NCBI GenBank assembly: GCA_900128395.1
Contig: LT649279.1
Location: forward strand, 1-46,739
Source: Stramenopiles sp. TOSAG23-2
Lineage: Eukaryota
DNA: 46,739 nucleotides
Direction: 5' to 3'
Shown: piece after piece, positions 41,559 to 46,739 of the stretch
Layout of the letters: each line of letters begins with the position of its first letter
Numbering within the stretch: position 1 is the first letter of the stretch
Made by a program: the position numbers and the translations under genes
Notes under the pieces: generated by a model
Database searches by the model: none
What the model was told of the DNA's origin: nothing
The model's input: the letters and a program-made list of their open reading frames with translations, nothing else

Positions 41559-41793
41559 TGGTTAAAATCTTAAGTTAATAATAGTTTTACTTCTCATGGA
41601 AAATATAATATGCTCAATACTCAATCTCGAGAATAAACATTCTGTAATCCTACTATAGTGAAGCTCTAATGCACGTTAAATGTACGCGCGTATTTTAATT
41701 TTTTATTCCTACCCATGACAATTCCTACTCTCAAAAGAATACAGAGTGACTGAGAGCCAAAATATTAATATATCCTATCTCACAAAATGTGTC
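41559..41793 (-). repeat. Dispersed repeat, copy 5 (module A 41793-41678, module B 41621-41559)
   Basis: Reverse complement reads GACACATTTTGTGAGATAG...TACGCGCGTACATTT...GATTGAGTATTGAGCATATTA...AACTTAAGATTTTAACCA. Confidence 0.9.
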
Positions 41794-41999
41794 TCAATAT
41801 AATTTTATATTAAAATTAAATAAAAAAAAATATTTTTAAGTTTCACACCACACACAACTCTTATATCGTGCGCGGTGTAATAATGTGCGCGGTATAACAT
41901 CATTACCCGCAAATAATCAATAAAATGATGGATGGTACTCGTATATCATATCATATCTTATCGTATCAAATGTACATTATAATATATATATATGCACTG

Positions 42000-42203
42000 C
42001 GTAAAAGAAAAAACACTATTCTTTCACAATTACAAACTGATCTAAAATTTCTTCGTTTGCAGATAAAATTTGTTTCCATGTAACATTATTTGGATTGATT
42101 TCGTAAAAGAAAAAACACTATTCTTTCACAATTACAAACTGATCTAAAATTTCTTCGTTTGCAGATAAAATTTGTTTCCATGTAACATTATTTGGATTGA
42201 TTT
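42000..42203. repeat. Perfect tandem duplication, 2 x 102 bp, covering the 3' end of the phosphatase gene
   Basis: CGTAAAAGAAAAAACACTATTC...TTTGGATTGATTT at 42000-42101 and 42102-42203. Confidence 0.92.
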
Positions 42204-43647
42204 TTATATATCCAAAACTAACAAAATTAGTACGATTCAAACCTTTTGGCCAATAACTTGGTCCACCAGGTGGTTTTGAATTCTTTTCCCTGTTCCCTGC
42301 AGCTCCATTAACAACATATACAGGCGCTGGACAGTTAGTGTAATTCATTGATTGAACATTTGTTTTATAAACTGGGAGGCTGCGCTCATAATCATGCTCA
42401 TGTGCTTGTATTACTAAATCAACTTTATTTGTATATAAAACATCTTCAATCGCATCCCGTAACACTTTATTTCCATGTGGAATATCTTGCCCACCATGGT
42501 TTGAACAATATAATGGTCGATGGCCATATGCAATTTTCCAGCGTAGTTTATTTACATCATTGGCTGCAGCTGTTACCAACTCGTTTTCAATCCATTTTGC
42601 TTGTGTTTTTGAAATTCTTGCTCGATCATACCATGTCTCCGTATCCATCGCAATAAATTGAATATTGCTTACTTGAAAACTATAATATAAATTTTGATGA
42701 GATCTTTCATCAGGCATATAAAATCTATTTATATATGCACTGAAATTAAACCACATCTCATGATTACCAGGTGTTACTTGGTATGGAACTCGACTTGCAA
42801 TTTTCTCCACCTTTCTCATAAAAACATCCCAGTGTTCAAACTCACCATCAGCGTAACTTATATCACCATTATGTATTATCATATCAAGTTCATCATTATC
42901 AATTAATTTGCTTAAGCTATTAATTGTATTATCAGAATTCGATGCATAGCCCATGTCACCAATACTACCTATTCGTAAAGGATGCAAATTACTATTACCT
43001 ATGTCTACATGAAAGGTTTTAAACGAATATATTTTGGACCAATGTGTACCATCTCCTACTCGATAAAAATAACGTGTCGCTGGCTGTAGGTTCTTCATTT
43101 TGCAAACATGAAAATTTCCTTGCCAACCAAAATGATCATAACTAGTACTAAAACCACCGGTACTAGTAAAATTCAAAATATTTTCATCTAATCCATATTG
43201 TACTTGATGCAATTTCGTATCTTCCAACGTTGTCCACATCACAGCCATTTCTGACAAATCTTTTGTTAAAGAAATATGTACTTGCTCAGGTGTTAATTTA
43301 GTAAGGCAACACTTTACTTTACATGCACCAGCAATATTACATAAGTTGCTTGAATCCCATGCTAGCGAATTGAATTCTTTGATTGCTAAAGGAAACACTT
43401 TGACCATACCTTTTACAATAAAATCACATATTTTTTTTTCTACATTATGTTTTTGAAATTTACTATTACAAGCTTCTTGCAATGCAGTAATTGTGCTGTT
43501 TAAACTTGTTTTATTTTCTGCATATTTATAAATTTTCTTTGCTACAACTTTACATGCTGAACACTTAATACTTGCACTTTGACACGAGGTAACAAGAAAT
43601 AATGCGAAGAAGAGGAAAATATGTCGTATATGTTTACGTTGTATCAT
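42118..43647 (-). CDS. Saposin B domain + purple acid phosphatase (ACP7-like); likely ATG at 43647
   Basis: Signal peptide; CSAC...C...C...LC..AGAC saposin; PEQVHIS FN3-like domain; metal-ligand motifs GDMG, GDISY, GNHE, GHRP and AHEH.YER. Confidence 0.9.
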   Translation of the reverse strand: MIQRKHIRHIFLFFALFLVTSCQSASIKCSACKVVAKKIYKYAENKTSLNSTITALQEACNSKFQKHNVEKKICDFIVKGMVKVFPLAIKEFNSLAWDSSNLCNIAGACKVKCCLTKLTPEQVHISLTKDLSEMAVMWTTLEDTKLHQVQYGLDENILNFTSTGGFSTSYDHFGWQGNFHVCKMKNLQPATRYFYRVGDGTHWSKIYSFKTFHVDIGNSNLHPLRIGSIGDMGYASNSDNTINSLSKLIDNDELDMIIHNGDISYADGEFEHWDVFMRKVEKIASRVPYQVTPGNHEMWFNFSAYINRFYMPDERSHQNLYYSFQVSNIQFIAMDTETWYDRARISKTQAKWIENELVTAAANDVNKLRWKIAYGHRPLYCSNHGGQDIPHGNKVLRDAIEDVLYTNKVDLVIQAHEHDYERSLPVYKTNVQSMNYTNCPAPVYVVNGAAGNREKNSKPPGGPSYWPKGLNRTNFVSFGYIKINPNNVTWKQILSANEEILDQFVIVKE

Positions 43648-43896
43648 TGTTTTATATTGTCTGCATAAATTGTGGCGATTTACGTTGAAACTTAAATGCA
43701 TTTATTATGTAACAATTGTTTAATTCTCTTTTACTCTATTTGTTTAGATCTATAGATTTCTTATAAAATCAATAAATAATACAAGTTGTGTAATAATAAT
43801 TTGAATTATTGTGTTGTGCTGCAATTTATTATGTCACATGACAACAATGATGGTATTTACCAGGTAGAATGGAGCAATGATGGGTTTTTTTTTTGA

Positions 43897-43956
43897 GGAG
43901 TGCTGGAGTGCTGGAGTGCTGTGGGAGTGCTGGAGTGCAAGGAGTGCTGGAGTGGT
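43897..43956 (+). repeat. Short tandem array of GGAGTGCT (about 7 imperfect units) flanked by T tracts
   Basis: ggagtgct-ggagtgct-ggagtgct-gtg-ggagtgct-ggagtgca-a-ggagtgct-ggagtgg. Confidence 0.9.
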
Positions 43957-44200
43957 TTTTTTTTTGGTTGATGATTATTAATTATTGAAATTATATGTAG
44001 ACAAAATTAAAATTATTTCAGTAATACATCCATAGTAGCTTAAAGCTACAAAATGAACAGTTCGTCGTATTATTTAAGAACTCTTTCTAGATAAATTCAA
44101 TAAAATACTCTCCTTTCGCAAAATTTTAATCTTTCCCAGGCGATTTAACGAAAGGTACGACTAAATTCACTGCCCCATAATACAATATCATCCATATTTA

Positions 44201-46288
44201 TTACGTTGCTTCTTCATCTGTTTTACCATATAATCTACCAACTAAGGCCATGTCGCCATTTCCAAAACCTAAATCATTTTCAACATGATCATATATCTCC
44301 CCTACTTTTTCCGTAATTTTTAAATCAATTTTATTTTCCCTTGCTTCATTTAATATTATACGTAAATCTTTATACAAATTTTTCAATGGTGCCCCGCTAT
44401 TTTCCAATTTACTTGAATAAAAATCATAATCGACATCATTAATAACACCAAGACAACGTTCAAAAATTTTACTATAACCCCATGAATCTTTAATTAAATC
44501 ATTTAATAAATTTAAATCATCAAGACCTAATTCTTTGCCTAAAACTAACGCTTCATTAGCAGCAAGACTATGTATACCAACTAATAATTGATTAATTAAT
44601 TTTGCAGCAGTTCCAGCACCTTCACCTCCCATTAATACAATACGATTTCCCATTGCATGTAATGGTTGTTTCACTTGTTCAAATGCTTCTTTATGACCAC
44701 CGCACATTATACTCAATGTGCCCGCATTAGCTCCTTCCGGGCCACCTGAGATCGGTGCGTCCAGAAAATTTATGTTTGAAAAATTATCATTGAAAGCATC
44801 ATGGCATTCTTTTGATAATGTTAAGGAACATGTTGAATGGTCTAAAACAACAATATCCCTATCATCATCATCGCTTCTAGATTTTAAATTATTTAAAATA
44901 GAATTTGAATTATCTCCAATTAAAATTTCCCTGCATATTTCTTCGTTTGATAAACATACTGATATTATATTGACATTTCTCGTATGTTTCATCAAATCAT
45001 GTACACTTTCATATACATTAATAGTATCTGCTTTTTCAGGATACTTTGCCTTTAAATCTGTTGCTTTTTTCAACGTACGATTATAAACGTGAACGACAAA
45101 ATCATTTTTTATTAAATTTTCTACCATTCCGATACCCATATTTCCCAAACCGATAAACGCGATTTCTTCTTTTTCCTTTTTTTTGTTTTCATTTTTTATA
45201 TTTAAAAAATCTTCTGCATAAATATCCACCATGTCTTCTGCAGTCATATTTTTACCTGGCAAATCTAACGCTGATGCAATTTCACATTCAACATCTGATA
45301 ACATGGACCCGACAATGGTAGATAAGTTTTCATCAATATTTATTTCAGCATTACCAAATTTTAAATTATTTTTCGTAGCAATATTTGATGCATGTTCGTA
45401 TAAATCTTTTAATGTTACTGGAGTTGCAAATAGATTTGCTGCTCTATCTACACCAAAACCATGTTTTCGAAACGTTTCTTCCTCTGTATTATGTAATTTT
45501 ATCAAGGAATCAATTACAGATCGATGAGATATAACAGGGTGTGGCATATCCATAGGTATTTGAACATTTGACGTTTCACCATTTAATGGTTCACGCACGA
45601 TTCCAGAAAATATACTAGTTGTTGCAGCATTTGGAATACCTGGGCGTACAATGACTGTTGGCAAGCGTGCTGAACGACCTGTTAAATATCCTTTCCGATT
45701 ATAATCATTAATTAATGCTTCACAACATGCTTTTGTCATTCCATATGTAGTTTCAGGTAAAAATTTACTACCATCTGATGGGCAAAATAAATTTTCCTCG
45801 CTGCCAGATGTTTTGATTAATGAATTACGCCCAAACACAGCACCGGTAGATGAAAATATAAATGTTGTATGATTCTTATTTCCTCGTGCTGCTTCTAACA
45901 AGTTCATAGTTCCTTGTAAATTTGTTTGCAATGCTAAATCAAAATCTTGTTCCCCTTGACCTGACATAACAGATGCTAAATGAAAAATACTTGTTACATT
46001 GTTTTCCGAGGTTACGATGCTTTGTATGAAATCTTTTGATGCGACGTCACCATATTGGATGTCAAGGCTTACATTATATTGTTCAAATTCATTATTTAAA
46101 GCATTTAATTCGACTGCATTTTTTATTGCACTTGGATGATCAACTAATATTATTTTGGCAGGTTTTGTCAATGCATTACCAATTGGTCGACAAATTAAAT
46201 GTTCTGCTTGGGATATTTTTTTCGCTAAGTTCAAACCAATAAAACCTAAACCACCCGTTACCAATATTGCCCCTTGTTGCGTTGCCAT
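44201..46288 (-). CDS. Fusion of D-erythronate dehydrogenase (DenD)-like extended SDR and beta-hydroxyacid dehydrogenase (LtnD/GlxR/HIBADH family)
   Basis: N-half: TGGLGFIG, HLASVMSG.GEQDFDL, YGMTK, RLPTVIVRPG.PNAA...FSGIVREPLNG. C-half: FIGLGNMG, DAPISGG, GTLSIMCGG, G.AAKLINQ. Confidence 0.88.
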   Translation of the reverse strand: MATQQGAILVTGGLGFIGLNLAKKISQAEHLICRPIGNALTKPAKIILVDHPSAIKNAVELNALNNEFEQYNVSLDIQYGDVASKDFIQSIVTSENNVTSIFHLASVMSGQGEQDFDLALQTNLQGTMNLLEAARGNKNHTTFIFSSTGAVFGRNSLIKTSGSEENLFCPSDGSKFLPETTYGMTKACCEALINDYNRKGYLTGRSARLPTVIVRPGIPNAATTSIFSGIVREPLNGETSNVQIPMDMPHPVISHRSVIDSLIKLHNTEEETFRKHGFGVDRAANLFATPVTLKDLYEHASNIATKNNLKFGNAEINIDENLSTIVGSMLSDVECEIASALDLPGKNMTAEDMVDIYAEDFLNIKNENKKKEKEEIAFIGLGNMGIGMVENLIKNDFVVHVYNRTLKKATDLKAKYPEKADTINVYESVHDLMKHTRNVNIISVCLSNEEICREILIGDNSNSILNNLKSRSDDDDRDIVVLDHSTCSLTLSKECHDAFNDNFSNINFLDAPISGGPEGANAGTLSIMCGGHKEAFEQVKQPLHAMGNRIVLMGGEGAGTAAKLINQLLVGIHSLAANEALVLGKELGLDDLNLLNDLIKDSWGYSKIFERCLGVINDVDYDFYSSKLENSGAPLKNLYKDLRIILNEARENKIDLKITEKVGEIYDHVENDLGFGNGDMALVGRLYGKTDEEAT

Positions 46289-46325
46289 AGTTGTTTTATT
46301 GATAATATAAAAATCATTATATCCT

Positions 46326-46721
46326 AAATTTATATGTCTCTATATCTATCTATATAATTCTATATCTTTTTAATATTATATACGTATGTCTTTGCATAGC
46401 AGGGTTGGATTTACACAGTATAATAATATTAATAGTTTAAGTTGTTGTTGTTGTGTTTAGTTGCTTTACCAGGTAGTGCTTTAACCATAGTCTGCGTCGT
46501 CAGACTCTTTCGAAAGAAAGAGTCAAATTTATATGTCTCTATATCTATCTATATAATTCTATATCTTTTTAATATTATACGTATGTCTTTGCATAGCAGG
46601 GTTGGATTTACACAGTATAATAATATTAATAGTTTAAGTTGTTGTTGTTGTGTTTAGTTGCTTTACCAGGTAGTGCTTTAACCATAGTCTGCGTCGTCAG
46701 ACTCTTTCGAAAGAAAGAGTC
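46326..46721. repeat. Tandem duplication, ~199 + 197 bp
   Basis: AAATTTATATGTCTC...GAAAGAAAGAGTC at 46326-46524 and 46525-46721. The copies differ by one TA unit. Confidence 0.92.
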
Positions 46722-46737
46722 TGCTGAGGTATGTAGA
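46686..46737 (+). other. Stable hairpin with GAAA tetraloop (candidate structured RNA or DNA element)
   Basis: CAGACTCTTTC-GAAA-GAAAGAGTCTG is an 11-bp perfect stem. An outer pairing TCTGCGT/ATGTAGA with G-U pairs is possible. Confidence 0.45.
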
Positions 46738-46739
46738 GA

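Noticed and set aside
43897-43956. GGAGTGCT array as CRISPR or telomeric repeat
   Set aside because: The units are 8 bp with no unique spacers, there are no cas genes, and the array is internal and very short.
1126-46657. Numerous 60-170 aa ORFs antisense to or overlapping the long genes, and ORFs in spacers (e.g. 6063-6566, 28896-29273, 33069-33527, 30729-31150, 46442-46657)
   Set aside because: They are shadow ORFs of biased coding strands or AT-rich spacers, many starting at TTG/GTG, with no recognisable motifs.
46695-46739. Hammerhead ribozyme or Helitron 3' end at the terminal hairpin
   Set aside because: The core reads CTGCTGA/CTGAGGT rather than CUGANGA, and the downstream word is GTAG rather than CTRR. 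The sequence is also truncated by the window end.

Overview
AT-rich, gene-dense, intron-poor eukaryotic genomic DNA. It is most consistent with a unicellular protist: Asn/Asp/Lys homopolymer tracts in proteins, two short GT-AG introns, a mitochondrial-type IleRS and a CEP295-like centriole protein. About 20 protein-coding genes are present: a degenerate TPS/TPP, IleRS, a spliced PhyH dioxygenase, an APP1-like HAD phosphatase, a degenerate SelO, DJ-1/Hsp31, PH-RCC1-GYF, a double ependymin-like protein, FN3-nucleoredoxin, a CEP295-like protein, a spliced FABP-like protein, a four-enzyme fusion (FkbM-like methyltransferase / 2OG oxygenase / GNAT / PhyH-like), a compact TET/JBP-like 2OG oxygenase, DUF2855, an arylsulfatase, a saposin-purple acid phosphatase and a DenD + beta-hydroxyacid dehydrogenase fusion. 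The most striking non-coding signal is an unnamed bipartite dispersed repeat found five times, always in spacers downstream of gene 3' ends (four visibly convergent). It comes with a spacer 'grammar': TACG/GATAT words at convergent ends, CCWGG words upstream of genes and GTGC arrays in head-to-tail spacers. Several local tandem duplications and a GAAA-tetraloop hairpin lie near the right end. No tRNA, rRNA, CRISPR array or transposase was seen. All family assignments come from motifs recognised by eye; no database search was run.
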